Notes: generated by a model from the letters alone, not told the origin. DNA of 64,000 nt from Syntrophales bacterium (GCA_963665615.2 CAXXQE010000006.1:186001-250000); one strand, 5' to 3'. Numbered from the stretch's first letter, positions 20,110 through 30,763 are shown. Translations and numbers: made by a program.

Positions 20110-20901
20110 CTATTTTAGGTCTGTCGTGCTGATGCCAGCCGGTGGTTCCTGGTCGAAGGCGATCGCCGATTCCTGCTCTATTTTCACGGAAGAAAACCGA
20201 AGGGTCATGGTTACCTGCTCCGGTCTCTCGAAACGTACCGTTACCGTTCCCGGAAAACGATAGCCGTTCACGTCCCCGTAATGTTCAAATACCGCGCTGT
20301 AGATTGTTTCCCCCGACGCCGGATCGTAGCAATCCTGCCGTCTCATCTCCCGAGAGGCTGCATCAAACCACAGCGATCTCTTCGTTATACCGGCCAGGCG
20401 ATAATCGACCCGAATCTGTTCACTCATACGATCCCCCCGGAGCCCTTCCTCAAGATCGACGGGTGGGGAGAGCCCCAGCATCAAAGAAACCGCTTCCGTG
20501 GCGGTCAGGTTAACGGGTAGGAATCGCGAAAAATCTCGATCCGCAGAGCCGGCATAAAACCGGTTCTCGCGAAGATCGCAGACTTTTATCGAGCGACCAT
20601 TCGCTGTCAAAACGAGATCGGGCAAACCGAGCAACGAAAGAATCTCGATCCGCAACTGATGGGACGAACCGACCCAAACGACAAGTCCTGTTGAAAAACT
20701 ACGCCCCGGAGACTCGATGCGCACGCGCGCTCGACGCATAACGATGGCCCCCTCCGGAACTTGCGATGCATTGTTTGCCAGAATTTCCACCGGCGTCGCT
20801 GAAGCCTCATACGAACGTAGCAACGGCTTCGACGAAACGCACCCGCATAAGAGCATCAGGGGCACACTTAAGAATAATGCAAATCGAATGGCTATACGCA
20901 T
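20110..20901 (-). CDS. LolB-like/DUF4292 lipoprotein
   Basis: Lipobox LCGC, LRIEIL, beta-rich C-terminus (YRFP); follows a TPR gene. Confidence 0.65.
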   Translation of the reverse strand: MRIAIRFALFLSVPLMLLCGCVSSKPLLRSYEASATPVEILANNASQVPEGAIVMRRARVRIESPGRSFSTGLVVWVGSSHQLRIEILSLLGLPDLVLTANGRSIKVCDLRENRFYAGSADRDFSRFLPVNLTATEAVSLMLGLSPPVDLEEGLRGDRMSEQIRVDYRLAGITKRSLWFDAASREMRRQDCYDPASGETIYSAVFEHYGDVNGYRFPGTVTVRFERPEQVTMTLRFSSVKIEQESAIAFDQEPPAGISTTDLK

Positions 20902-20988
20902 AGAGATGTTCCGCTCAAGTCAGGACAAGAGGTTGAAAACAAGCGGAGACAGGGTGGGCGTGTACAGCACCGAAAAAGCGATACCCTA

Positions 20989-22704
20989 TCAACGCGTGAT
21001 AACGGGCAACCGTTCTATTTTCTTTTTTACGACCTCATTGCCTGGATTAAGTTGTAGCGCGCGCCGATACATCGCAGCAGCGTCGGACAAGGCTCCTTTC
21101 TTTTCATAGATATCGCCAAGGTGCTCCACAATCGTGGCATCTCCGGGCGTCAATGCAACCGCTTCCTTTAACGCCTTCTCGGCTAATTCAAGGTTCCCCT
21201 TTCGAAAATAGAACCATCCGAGGCTGTCCTTGATATGGCCGCTGTGCGGTTTTAATTCAACCGCCTTTTTGATAAACTGCTCCGCCACATCAAGATGCAG
21301 GCCGCGATCGGCATAGCTGTAACCGATAAAGTTCAACGCTTCTGCATTGTCCGGCTCATTCTTCAGGATCTCCTCCATTTGTGCGATGCTTTCATCATGA
21401 CGACCTGATACGTCATAAAGCGCACCCAACTGGTAACGCAAATCGGCATTGCGAGGCAGGGCGACAAGTCCCCTCTTCAAAATACCTTCCGCAGCGGCAA
21501 AATCCTTTCGTTCCTGATACACCATGGACAGAAAAAGATAAAAACCGACCGCCTCCCGCCGTTGTTTTATTTCCTCCTGAACCAGCGCGACGGCCTCCTG
21601 CCATTTCCCCTCGTTTTTCAGAATGGTTGCGATATGGAGCCGGGCATCCTCATACAAGTCGCTCACGGGGGGCACCATTTTGAACTGCTCGACCGCCGCC
21701 TGGGTGTCTCCCTTTTTTTCATAAGCGGAACCCAGGAAATAGACAGCCCTGACATTGCCCGGCATGGCTTTCAAGATCTTTTTAAATTTGGAGATCGCCA
21801 GGTCATGCTTTCCGTCGAGACTGTAAACGAGCCCCAGGGTTAATTGGACCTCCCGATTGGATGGGGTCAATTTCAGGCAGGCCTCCAACACATCTGCGGC
21901 ATCAGCATATTTCTGATTTTTCATGTAAAGACGAGCCAGCTTGATGCTGGTAACAGGTCGCCCGGGATAGAGATCGATATATTTACGATAGAGCGCAATC
22001 GCCTCCTCCTGCTTTTCCTGGTCTTCATAGAGGTTTCCCAGTTCGAGCCAGGCGGATTCAAAACCGGATTTCAAATCGATGGTCTTCTTAAAATACATTT
22101 CCGACTCATCGTAACGCTTCATCTCCAGATAAACCTTGCCGAGGCAGTAATGCGCCAATAGATTTTTGGGATCCAGTTGAATCAATGCTTTCAACTCACG
22201 AATGGCCGCCTCATATTGATCGGTTTCGCTATAGACAAGTCCGAGATAGAGATGCGCTTCGAGATGACGAGGATTGCGTTCTAGAAGCTTTTTAAGTTCC
22301 CTCTCGGCCTCCTTGAAATGCTTGGCGTCGAGATAAAGGCTGCCGAGCAGCAGGCGACTTTCTTCACGATCCGGATCAAACGCCAAAACCCGTTCTACAA
22401 GCGGAATGGCCTTTTCATAAAGACCCTTCCTCACATAGAGGGTTGCCAATTCCGAATGCAAGGTCATTGCGTCGGGATCCAGGCGCAAGGCGCCTTCATA
22501 AGCGTCGATCGCCCCGTCAACATCCCCCTCCAAGATATGCATCACACCGAGGCAATACTGGTATGCCGCATCGGCACGATAAGGGATGTCCTTCGAATCG
22601 TCGTCGGTAACGCCGCTTCTATTTAATGAAGGCTGATGTAAAGAAGCGCATCCGATCAGAAGGCATAGCGCCAAGATCGGTATGACGCGGAGAAGACTTG
22701 TCAT
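20989..22704 (-). CDS. Tetratricopeptide-repeat lipoprotein
   Basis: Lipobox LIGC, many TPR units, ALNFIGYSYAD and DSLGW motifs. The ORF's N-terminal extension lies in repeat copy 5 and was removed. Confidence 0.9.
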   Translation of the reverse strand: MTSLLRVIPILALCLLIGCASLHQPSLNRSGVTDDDSKDIPYRADAAYQYCLGVMHILEGDVDGAIDAYEGALRLDPDAMTLHSELATLYVRKGLYEKAIPLVERVLAFDPDREESRLLLGSLYLDAKHFKEAERELKKLLERNPRHLEAHLYLGLVYSETDQYEAAIRELKALIQLDPKNLLAHYCLGKVYLEMKRYDESEMYFKKTIDLKSGFESAWLELGNLYEDQEKQEEAIALYRKYIDLYPGRPVTSIKLARLYMKNQKYADAADVLEACLKLTPSNREVQLTLGLVYSLDGKHDLAISKFKKILKAMPGNVRAVYFLGSAYEKKGDTQAAVEQFKMVPPVSDLYEDARLHIATILKNEGKWQEAVALVQEEIKQRREAVGFYLFLSMVYQERKDFAAAEGILKRGLVALPRNADLRYQLGALYDVSGRHDESIAQMEEILKNEPDNAEALNFIGYSYADRGLHLDVAEQFIKKAVELKPHSGHIKDSLGWFYFRKGNLELAEKALKEAVALTPGDATIVEHLGDIYEKKGALSDAAAMYRRALQLNPGNEVVKKKIERLPVITR

Positions 22705-22759
22705 TGAGAAGAAAACACACCCTCCGGGGCCACGCCGTCGAAATGGTCGCATTGTGGTA

Positions 22760-22874
22760 TTGGCGGTTCCCCAGCGCAGGCTCCGAAGAATCTCCGATCC
22801 CCGAAAAGTTTTAAACATGATTCGCTCGATTACCACGCAGCAAGCTGCGAGAAATGCGCTCGCTACCGGATTCA
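22760..22874 (+). repeat. 118-bp twin-hairpin repeat, copy 5 (diverged left arm)
   Basis: GCTCCG.AGAATCTCCGATCC...TGATTCGCTCG...CGCAGCAAGCTGCG.GAAATGCGCTCGCTACCGGATTCA. Confidence 0.85.
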
Positions 22875-22996
22875 GTGGTCTCTACCTCTTACAATGAAAG
22901 GACATCCGGATAAAACCCGGCAAAGCGTGCAGCGGAACTCACCCGAATGGTCTGGTCTCATTTTTTATATTAGTCGTGCTTCCAACAAATAGCAAG

Positions 22997-23920
22997 CTAA
23001 TGCAAGTTGGAAATCGTCACCCAGTCAACATCACTGTCAGGCATTTCGCGAAGAAGCCGCTTAAGCGCCCGAACCGTGCTCGGATAGGGATGCCCGATCA
23101 GAATCCGGCCATGCCGCCGGTTCTGTCTCCCGTCGTCGATGGTCCTGGTAAGGATCTGGTAGGTTTCTTCTGAATCCGCCCCATTGTCGATAAAGGCACT
23201 GCGAGACAAAAAACGGATACCCGTCTTTGCTGCGGCTTCAGCAGCCTTCGTATTGGCGGTAGTTCGACTATCAACAAAAAACAGATGGCGCCGGCCGAGC
23301 TCTCTGAACACGACCTCCAGCCGCTTTTCATCTTCCATGAACAGGGAGCCCATGTGGTTATTGACCCCCCTGGCGTAAGGCACGCCGTCGAGATCCAGCG
23401 CCAGCTGCTGCGACAGCTCCGTATCATCCATAGTCGTCAACAGGGCCCCTTGCCCCGGATTATGGGCGGGGTAGCCGTGCGGTTCCATCGGCAAATGCAG
23501 CAGCACCTCCATCCCCGCCTCATTCGCCCGTCTGGCGGCTTCACCGGAGAAACGACAATTCGGCAAAATGGCGACCGTCAAGGGAATACCAAGATCGAGC
23601 AACTCCCGAAGGACAAGCGGATCCTGACCGAGATCATCGATGATCAGGGCAATCTGTCTCCTGTCAGAGCCGGAAACGATATGTCGGCGGGGTTCGAGGG
23701 GAAGAACGCCTGTCGTTTTGCCTTCGTGATGGCGAGGCGCAGTCTTGACCTGTGGGCGTCGAAGCGCTTTTCCATCCGGACGCTCCTCCTGCGGAGGCCC
23801 GACAAGCGCCACGTAAACGGCAAAACCGGCAATGACAATCAGGGCCAACAGTAGCAGACGCCGCCAGGACCCTGTTTTTTTCTTCTTCCTCACGCGCTCC
23901 GTATCTTCTCGCCGTCGCAA
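22997..23920 (-). CDS. Divergent polysaccharide deacetylase (YibQ family)
   Basis: IALIIDDLG, HLPMEP, NNHMGS, FVDSRT and IGHP motifs; downstream of ctpA. Confidence 0.93.
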   Translation of the reverse strand: MRRREDTERVRKKKKTGSWRRLLLLALIVIAGFAVYVALVGPPQEERPDGKALRRPQVKTAPRHHEGKTTGVLPLEPRRHIVSGSDRRQIALIIDDLGQDPLVLRELLDLGIPLTVAILPNCRFSGEAARRANEAGMEVLLHLPMEPHGYPAHNPGQGALLTTMDDTELSQQLALDLDGVPYARGVNNHMGSLFMEDEKRLEVVFRELGRRHLFFVDSRTTANTKAAEAAAKTGIRFLSRSAFIDNGADSEETYQILTRTIDDGRQNRRHGRILIGHPYPSTVRALKRLLREMPDSDVDWVTISNLH

Positions 23921-23939
23921 CAGGCGTTCGCTGTGCGGG

Positions 23940-25274
23940 TTATGCCGCCTGTTTTTTCATGAAGATCTCCCAACTCTTTAACAGATCGATGGCAGTCTTC
24001 AGCTGATTGTCCTTTTCGACGATATCGTCGTTCCGCTTGCTCGGCACCGCCCCAGTGACGGGCGCGGTGTCTGCGGGCTTGGATTCTTTTTTCTCGCCAT
24101 CTCCCTTGATATGACGAACCAGATCCTTTTCGCGAATGGATGTCTCGGTCTCCTTCCCGCCGGGTCGTACGTATTCGACCGCGATATCGGGCTTGATCCC
24201 TTCGGCCTGAATGGAGCGACCATTGGGCGTATAGTATTTGGCGGTCGTCAGCTTCAGCCCGGAGCCGTTTTCAAAGGGGATCACAGTCTGAACAGAGGCT
24301 TTCCCGAAGGTCTGTGTTCCGAGAATCAGTGCACGGCCGTTATCCTGAAGCGCCCCTGAAACGATCTCCGACGCACTGGCCGATCCCTCGTTGACCAATA
24401 CGATCATCGGACAAGTCGGCTCGTTTCCGTCATTCGTAGCCGAGTAAGTATTTTCCAAGGTCTTCACCTTGCCACGAATCGACACGATACCCCCTTTTTT
24501 CAGAAAGAGATCCGACACCTTCACGGCTTGATCCAGCAAGCCCCCTGGATTGTTGCGCAGGTCCAGAATGAGTCCCTTCAAAGGAGCGGCCTGGCGGGTA
24601 ACTTCCGACAGGGCCTTCTGAGTATCGTCCGCGGTCTTTTCGGCAAACGTCGATATCCGGATGTAGCCGATGTGATTGTCGAGCACCTTGAATTTAACAC
24701 TCTTGACGTTGATAATCGCCCGGGTAATCACGATCTCCTTGATCTCATGCACATCCTTGCGGATGATAGACAATTTGACCTGGGTTTTTTCCGCCCCCCG
24801 GAGCTTTGCCACCGCATCCATGATCGTCATGCCTTTGGTCGGTTTGTCGTCAATCTTGACGATCTGGTCGCCCGCCTTGATGCCCGCGATAAAGGCCGGC
24901 GTATCCTCGATCGGAGAAACCACCGTCGGCAGATCGTTCTGGATGGTAATTTCAATGCCGACTCCGCCGAAGTAGCCCTTCGCCTCCGATTGCAATTCCT
25001 TATACATATCCGGTGTGAGATACGCGCTATGCGGATCAAGGGATTTCACCATGCCGTCGAGGGCTCCCTGAATGAGCTTCGACGCATCGACGTCCTCCAC
25101 GTAATTCCCCTTAATGATGTCGAGTGCCTCCGTGAAGATCTTGAGGTTTTTATAGGTGTCCTGATCGGCCTTTCTTGCTCGACTGTCACACGGCGAACTC
25201 AGCATCGCCAAAAGCGTCAAAACAGCCGTCACGCCGAGCACAACCACGAGCACCTTTTTTTTTCGTCCGTTCAT
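23940..25274 (-). CDS. ctpA: Carboxyl-terminal processing protease (S41A)
   Basis: LDPHS, PDZ domain, DLRNNPGG, SASASEI and TFGK motifs. Confidence 0.93.
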   Translation of the reverse strand: MNGRKKKVLVVVLGVTAVLTLLAMLSSPCDSRARKADQDTYKNLKIFTEALDIIKGNYVEDVDASKLIQGALDGMVKSLDPHSAYLTPDMYKELQSEAKGYFGGVGIEITIQNDLPTVVSPIEDTPAFIAGIKAGDQIVKIDDKPTKGMTIMDAVAKLRGAEKTQVKLSIIRKDVHEIKEIVITRAIINVKSVKFKVLDNHIGYIRISTFAEKTADDTQKALSEVTRQAAPLKGLILDLRNNPGGLLDQAVKVSDLFLKKGGIVSIRGKVKTLENTYSATNDGNEPTCPMIVLVNEGSASASEIVSGALQDNGRALILGTQTFGKASVQTVIPFENGSGLKLTTAKYYTPNGRSIQAEGIKPDIAVEYVRPGGKETETSIREKDLVRHIKGDGEKKESKPADTAPVTGAVPSKRNDDIVEKDNQLKTAIDLLKSWEIFMKKQAA

Positions 25275-25413
25275 TCAGGAATAGCCTCCGTCTATCAAAG
25301 CGGTCTCAAGAAAAAAACCTCGTTAAGATAAACTTTTATCTTTTAAATTGCCATAAAATTCTAGGGAGCCAGGCGCAGCAATCCACGGCCAGATGCGGGT
25401 TACTCGCATCCGG

Positions 25414-26781
25414 CTACATCATCCCGTATCGTTTCAGCTTCTGATGCAGGGTGCGCCGGGTAATCCCAAGCCGTCTGGACGCCTCGCTCTTATTGCCACC
25501 TGCCAGATCGAGCGTCCTCAAGATAGTCGTTCGCTCGATTTCGTCAAGTGACACGCCCTCTGACGCTGCAGGCGCCCCGGGGCTGACCTCCTCAGATCCG
25601 CCCCCCGACCGACCGATCAGTGACAGATCCATCTCGTCGATATAGCTCGAACGGGCCAACACAACAGCCCGCTCCACGGCATTCATCAACTCCCGTACAT
25701 TGCCCGGCCAGACGTAATTGATCAGACGATTCATGCCCTGCGGCGTGAATCCCTTGATAGCCTTATGGTTCTTCTCTGCAAACCCTTCCAGAAAGTGCTG
25801 CGCCATCAGCGGGATGTCTTCGCGCCGTTGCCGGAGCGGCGGGACATCCAGGGTCACGACATTGAGACGGTAAAAGAGGTCTTCCCGAAAGCGCCCCGCT
25901 GCCATCTCACGGAACAGATCTTTATTGGTAGCGGCAATGATCCGGACGTCCACCTTCAGGGATTCCTCCCCTCCGACCCGTACAATCTCGCGTTCCTGAA
26001 GGACGCGCAAGAGCTTCACCTGCATGCCGAGCGACATCTCGCTGACCTCGTCGAGAAAGAGGCTTCCGCCTTCCGCCTGCCTGAACTTTCCCTCCTTGCG
26101 CCGGTCAGCCCCCGTAAAGGCCCCTTTTTCGTGACCGAAGAGTTCCGATTCGAGCAACGTCTCGGCAATGGCCGCACAGTTGATTCGGACAAAAGGGCCG
26201 TCCTTGCGGGGGCTGTTGAAATGGATGGCCCCGGCGATCATTTCCTTGCCCGTTCCCGACTCCCCGGTGATGAGCACCGTTGCCTCGGAGGGCGCCACCT
26301 GGGCGACAACATCCAATAGACGGAGCATTGCCTGGCTGTGGCCGATCAAGTTGCGGCGGTCGAACTTGAACGCCAGGCTTTCCTTGAGCGTTCTGTTTTC
26401 CTCTTTCAGGCGGCAGTGATCCATCGACCGTTGCAGGGCCAGTCTCAGTTCGTCGAAATCCAGTGGTTTCGTCAGATAGTCGTAGGCGCCCTTTTTCAGG
26501 GCCTCCACCGCAGTATTGACCGAGGCATATGCCGTCATCAGGATCACCGGAATCGCCGGATTGAGGGCCTTGATCTCGGGCAGCGCTTCCAACCCGGAAA
26601 TGTTCACCATCCGCAGATCCATGAGGATCGCGTCAAAGACCCGGCTGCGCACCGCCTCAATCGCCGTGGCGCCGTCATCGGCCTCTTCAATCGCATACCC
26701 CCAGCCAGACAGTAGCGCCCGCAGCATACTGCGGTGCGAGGTGTCGTCATCGACCACGAGAACCGTGCCCTGCGTTTTCAT
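25414..26781 (-). CDS. sigma54-dependent response regulator, ZraR/NtrC family
   Basis: REC domain, GESGTGKE, GAFTGA, Fis-type HTH. Confidence 0.95.
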   Translation of the reverse strand: MKTQGTVLVVDDDTSHRSMLRALLSGWGYAIEEADDGATAIEAVRSRVFDAILMDLRMVNISGLEALPEIKALNPAIPVILMTAYASVNTAVEALKKGAYDYLTKPLDFDELRLALQRSMDHCRLKEENRTLKESLAFKFDRRNLIGHSQAMLRLLDVVAQVAPSEATVLITGESGTGKEMIAGAIHFNSPRKDGPFVRINCAAIAETLLESELFGHEKGAFTGADRRKEGKFRQAEGGSLFLDEVSEMSLGMQVKLLRVLQEREIVRVGGEESLKVDVRIIAATNKDLFREMAAGRFREDLFYRLNVVTLDVPPLRQRREDIPLMAQHFLEGFAEKNHKAIKGFTPQGMNRLINYVWPGNVRELMNAVERAVVLARSSYIDEMDLSLIGRSGGGSEEVSPGAPAASEGVSLDEIERTTILRTLDLAGGNKSEASRRLGITRRTLHQKLKRYGMM

Positions 26782-26809
26782 CTCTTCCCCTTCCCTTTTA
26801 ATTTAGCTT

Positions 26810-26860
26810 TGATTCGTTCGTTTACTCCGCGGCAAGCTGCGAGGAATTCTCGCGATCGGC
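26810..26860 (+). repeat. Twin-hairpin repeat, copy 6 (right half only)
   Basis: TGATTCGTTCGTTTACTCCGCGGCAAGCTGCGAGGAAT matches the second hairpin of the family. Confidence 0.7.
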
Positions 26861-26922
26861 ATACGACACGGGGGAACCCGACCCCGGCGAAATTTGAGTA
26901 CCTTCCAACTTTAAACTCTAAA

Positions 26923-28623
26923 CTACCCGCGTAGCAGTGCAGGCAGGCTAACATGCACCGTCGTCCCCTTGCCGGCTGCGCTGTCGATCCGGATGGTGCC
27001 GTCGTGCGCCTCGACGATCTTGTGGACAATGGCCAATCCCAACCCCGTCCCGGACGCCTTGGTGGTATAATAAGGATCGAATATGTGGGCCAACCGCGCC
27101 TCATCGATCCCCGCACCCGTATCTCTGATGAGGATATGAATGCGGCCTTCGGCATCGAAGGCAACCTGTACCATGAGCGTCCCGCCCTGTGGCATTGATT
27201 CCAGGGCATTAATAAACAGATTCAGCAGAACCTGATGGATCCGGTCCGGATCGACGAAGACTTCAGGCGTCCCGGACGCTACCGCGACATCAATATGAAC
27301 CCCCCTCTCGCCTGCCCTGCCTTCGACCAGTTTCAGACAGTGCGCGATCAGCGGGCCGATCGCTGTCTTCCTTTTGACAAGCTCCAGGGGACGGGAGAAC
27401 TCCAGAAGCTGGCCGACGACGCGATTGAGCCGTTCTACCTCATGGATCATGATCTCCGCATTGGCCAAGTCTTCCGGGTTGTCGCGGTATCGCTCACGAA
27501 AATAGGTCGCAAAGCCCTTGATAGAGCTCAACGGATTTCGGATCTCGTGCGCCACCCCCGCCGCCAGACTGCCGATCGCCGCCAACCTCCGTCCACGCTC
27601 GATCTGACGTTGCAGGCTTCTCAACTCCGTCATGTCGCGGATGAGCAGGATGCTGCCCTGCTGCGCACCGTCGTCATCCTTCCAAACGGTCCCAAGAATG
27701 TCCAGGGGGCGTTGTGCGGCGTTCGGCCCCCCCTCTTCTGTTTGAAGCTGGACGATCCCCTGTCCGCCTCGGAGCTTTTCCAAGATATCGTTCAAGGACG
27801 CTGGCAGAAACCGATCAGCAGGCCGACCGAGTGCCGACGGAGCGGCGCACCCGAGCAGTTCCGCCGCGACCCTGTTGAAAAAACTGATCTGCCCCTCCTG
27901 ATCGATACCGATCAACCCCAGCGGCAGATGGTCGATGAGGGTATCGGAAAATATCTTGATCTTTGTGAGTGAGGAACGCGCCGCGCGGTAGTTCTGAGCC
28001 AGGCTCAGGGTGAGAATACCGGCAAAACCAATCAACAAAACGATCAGGGCCGTGAGCGCGAAGCGGACCTTGTTCTGCTCGTACACCGCCAGAAAGGGGC
28101 CCATATCCAGACCGACATAGACGATCCACGCATCCTGCTGCCGATCCGGGAAATGCAAGTAGCGATAGACTTCCAGGGTATCCGCGCCACCCTGATTCGC
28201 CACCCGGCGCCAGACGATTCGTCCGGACGGAAGCGGTCCCCCGACGACCTGATAGAATTCTCCTACCTGGGAGGGATCGCTATCCGCAACAATCCTGCCG
28301 CGGGGATCGGTGATAACGAGATAATCGATCCCCGGCTGCTGCGCCGTTTCGATAAGGAATTTCTGGATCTGGAAATCGCCCCAGCTAAATCCCACCCCGG
28401 TCCGAATACCCGCCTCGACCGAACGGATCAGGGCATCGCCCTTTTCGAGCAGCAACCGGGATGTTAGATCCCGCTGCATCGCAATCCCCTGCCAGGTCAG
28501 GAAGATAAAGAGCGGGATCAGCAATGCGGCCGATCCGAGAATCAGCCAGGCGGGAAAGATCGTCCAAAACCCCGCAATCCGTCCAAGGCCTCTCTTTGAT
28601 GCGTTCCGTCGCCCTTCCCTCAT
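26923..28623 (-). CDS. Membrane sensor histidine kinase, ZraS-like
   Basis: Two TM segments, PAS, AHEIRNPL H-box, N/G1/F/G2 boxes. Confidence 0.92.
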   Translation of the reverse strand: MREGRRNASKRGLGRIAGFWTIFPAWLILGSAALLIPLFIFLTWQGIAMQRDLTSRLLLEKGDALIRSVEAGIRTGVGFSWGDFQIQKFLIETAQQPGIDYLVITDPRGRIVADSDPSQVGEFYQVVGGPLPSGRIVWRRVANQGGADTLEVYRYLHFPDRQQDAWIVYVGLDMGPFLAVYEQNKVRFALTALIVLLIGFAGILTLSLAQNYRAARSSLTKIKIFSDTLIDHLPLGLIGIDQEGQISFFNRVAAELLGCAAPSALGRPADRFLPASLNDILEKLRGGQGIVQLQTEEGGPNAAQRPLDILGTVWKDDDGAQQGSILLIRDMTELRSLQRQIERGRRLAAIGSLAAGVAHEIRNPLSSIKGFATYFRERYRDNPEDLANAEIMIHEVERLNRVVGQLLEFSRPLELVKRKTAIGPLIAHCLKLVEGRAGERGVHIDVAVASGTPEVFVDPDRIHQVLLNLFINALESMPQGGTLMVQVAFDAEGRIHILIRDTGAGIDEARLAHIFDPYYTTKASGTGLGLAIVHKIVEAHDGTIRIDSAAGKGTTVHVSLPALLRG

Positions 28624-28780
28624 GTTCACCCTTCGTCTTGTCGTTTTACATCAGCCGTTGATGCTGATATGGATACTAACAATACGATTTTCATAGCACA
28701 CCTGGATAGTTAATGCCCACATTTTTATCTTTCTTGAAACGCACCATCGCTACACAAGAGATTTCGCAGATCGTTAAAAA

Positions 28781-28900
28781 GTCATTGCGAGCACAGCAAA
28801 GCAATCTCCGGCTTTGAATAATCAACATGTTAGAGATTGCCACGTCGCATTTGCAACTCGCAATGACAAAAAACTGAAGACCTGTCCAACAGCCCGTCAG
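28781..28900 (+). mobile_element. Palindromic REP/MITE-like element with IHF site, copy A
   Basis: GTCATTGCGAG...GCAATCTC / GAGATTGC...CTCGCAATGAC. AATCAACATGTTA at 28820-28832. Right end resembles the terminal repeat of copy B. Confidence 0.75.
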
Positions 28901-28914
28901 ATGTAGATGGGCAT

Positions 28915-28930
28915 TGGCATGTGTCTTGCT
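28915..28930 (+). promoter_or_regulatory. sigma54 -24/-12 promoter
   Basis: TGGCATGTGTCTTGCT (GG-N10-GC) upstream of the ZraP-like gene. Confidence 0.85.
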
Positions 28931-28971
28931 CATTCAAGGTTCAAAGGAAATATTCGGAAGGAGGAGAAAAG

Positions 28972-29472
28972 ATGAAAAAGATATTGACTGTCATGGCCGT
29001 GGGCCTATTGATCGTAGCAGCGGCCTGGCCGTCCTTCGCGGCAACCGGGAGAGGACACAAGAGCATGCGCAGCACCGGATGTGAGTCGATGGCCGCCCGC
29101 AAATGCCTGCCCCCCGATCTGAATCTGACGGCAGATCAGTTGACGAAGATGGAGGAACTCCGAATTGCGCACTTCAAGGATGTCAAGCCCCTTCATGACA
29201 AGCTCTTCAGCCTGAGAGGAGACCTCAAACTGCTTTGGCTGGAAAAAAATCCCGATCCGGCCAAGATCAACGCTGTTCAGAAAGAGATCAGGGCGCTGAG
29301 AGACCAGATGGAAGACAAGAGAACCGCCCATTTTCTGGAGGCTCTCAAGATTCTAACCCCGGAACAGCAGATCAAGTTCAAGGCCTTCTTGGCTCACGAA
29401 GATTTTGGCCCGGGTGGCCCGGGCGGCCCGAGGCCCGGGATGGGGCACGGCCCCTGTGAACCGAGACCGTAG
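28972..29472 (+). CDS. Spy/CpxP/ZraP-family periplasmic protein
   Basis: Signal peptide; LTADQ and LTPEQ (LTxxQ) motifs; divergent from the ZraSR-like pair. Confidence 0.88.
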   Translation: MKKILTVMAVGLLIVAAAWPSFAATGRGHKSMRSTGCESMAARKCLPPDLNLTADQLTKMEELRIAHFKDVKPLHDKLFSLRGDLKLLWLEKNPDPAKINAVQKEIRALRDQMEDKRTAHFLEALKILTPEQQIKFKAFLAHEDFGPGGPGGPRPGMGHGPCEPRP

Positions 29473-29494
29473 GTTCATAACACGACTTGTCAGC

Positions 29495-29546
29495 GCATAA
29501 CCGGAAGCAGCGCCGTTCCCCCCGGCCTCTTCCGGTTATGCCTTTT
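29495..29546 (+). terminator. Probable intrinsic terminator
   Basis: GCATAACCGGAAG...CTTCCGGTTATGC followed by TTTT. Confidence 0.6.
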
Positions 29547-29569
29547 CCGATCAGCAATCACCCGATCGC

Positions 29570-29926
29570 TTAACTGCTGAAGACCGGTTTTTTCAGCTCT
29601 GCGTCGATAGAGTCGGCATCCCCGTAATTATACTGAACCAGCCTCTTGAGGTGGAAGAAGCTCTCTTCGGTCAGCGACGTGAAGGCGATCGCAACTTCTC
29701 GATCATCACAACGAATCACCTTGCCCGCCATGACAATCTGAAGTTCGGCACCCAGATCGATCGTTACCTTGCAAACGTCGTCCTGCTTAAATAAAGGATC
29801 CGGACTGCACAAGATCCCCGTCAGACTGATATTCAGCGTTTGAACCTTTATCTTCCGACGTCGCAAAGACACTGTCACATCAAATTGAATGGGAACCCGC
29901 GTTCGATTCCTTCTCTCCCGTCCCAT
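29570..29926 (-). CDS. Single-domain PilZ protein
   Basis: RRNRTR (RxxxR) and NISLTG (NxSxxG). Confidence 0.88.
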   Translation of the reverse strand: MGRERRNRTRVPIQFDVTVSLRRRKIKVQTLNISLTGILCSPDPLFKQDDVCKVTIDLGAELQIVMAGKVIRCDDREVAIAFTSLTEESFFHLKRLVQYNYGDADSIDAELKKPVFSS

Positions 29927-30085
29927 GGCGTCTCTCTCCTCTCTTGGACTGAGCAAATCACGACGCTCAATTAGGCGAGTCAAACCGCCCGTTTACCGAA
30001 AGGCATAAAGGATTCCTCGTCATTAGTCAAATAAAATCAAATAGAAATCCATAAGGTAAAAGCCCATCCCGCGATACGCGACCCC

Positions 30086-30724
30086 TCAGCCGATTAACTT
30101 GTTTTGAATCGCGTAAAGCGTCATCTCTGCGTTGTTCTTTAATTTCATCTTCTCGATGATGTGGGTGCGGTAGGTGCTGATCGTTTTGACGCTCAGGCAC
30201 AACTCTTCGGCGATTTCGCCGACAGTCTTGCCGGACGCGATCATCAACAGGACCTGATACTCACGATCCGAAAGGGATTCATGTAGCGGCTTGGCGGCAT
30301 CCAGATCGAGGTAATAGGTCAACTTTTCGGCCATGGAGGGGGAGATGTAGCGTCCTCCTTGGGAGATCTTGCGGATGGCTGAGATCAGTTCGTGGGGCGC
30401 GCTGGCCTTCGTCAGATAACCGGAAGCGCCAGCCCGGAAGGCCCGGACGGCATATTGTTCCTCCGGATAGATGCTGAGGATGAGCACGGGCAGCTTCGGT
30501 TTTTCCCCTTTGAGATCCTTCAAGGTCTCCAGACCGCTTCGGCCTGGCATCGAGATATCGAGGAGAATCAGATCGTATTGCTTTTTTCTGATGCAGTCCA
30601 TGACCTCCTGCCCGTTTTCGGCCTCGTCCGCAACGACCATATCCGTTGTATCGGATAAGATCTTCTTGTAACCCTCCCGGACAATCGGGTGATCATCGGC
30701 AATCAAAATCTTAATCTTTTTCAT
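30086..30724 (-). CDS. NarL/UvrY-family response regulator
   Basis: ADDHPIVREG REC domain and LSDREYQV...LSVKTISTYR LuxR HTH. Confidence 0.95.
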   Translation of the reverse strand: MKKIKILIADDHPIVREGYKKILSDTTDMVVADEAENGQEVMDCIRKKQYDLILLDISMPGRSGLETLKDLKGEKPKLPVLILSIYPEEQYAVRAFRAGASGYLTKASAPHELISAIRKISQGGRYISPSMAEKLTYYLDLDAAKPLHESLSDREYQVLLMIASGKTVGEIAEELCLSVKTISTYRTHIIEKMKLKNNAEMTLYAIQNKLIG

Positions 30725-30763
30725 CCCTTTCCTCCTGTCACCGGACGGCAACGACGGTATTCC

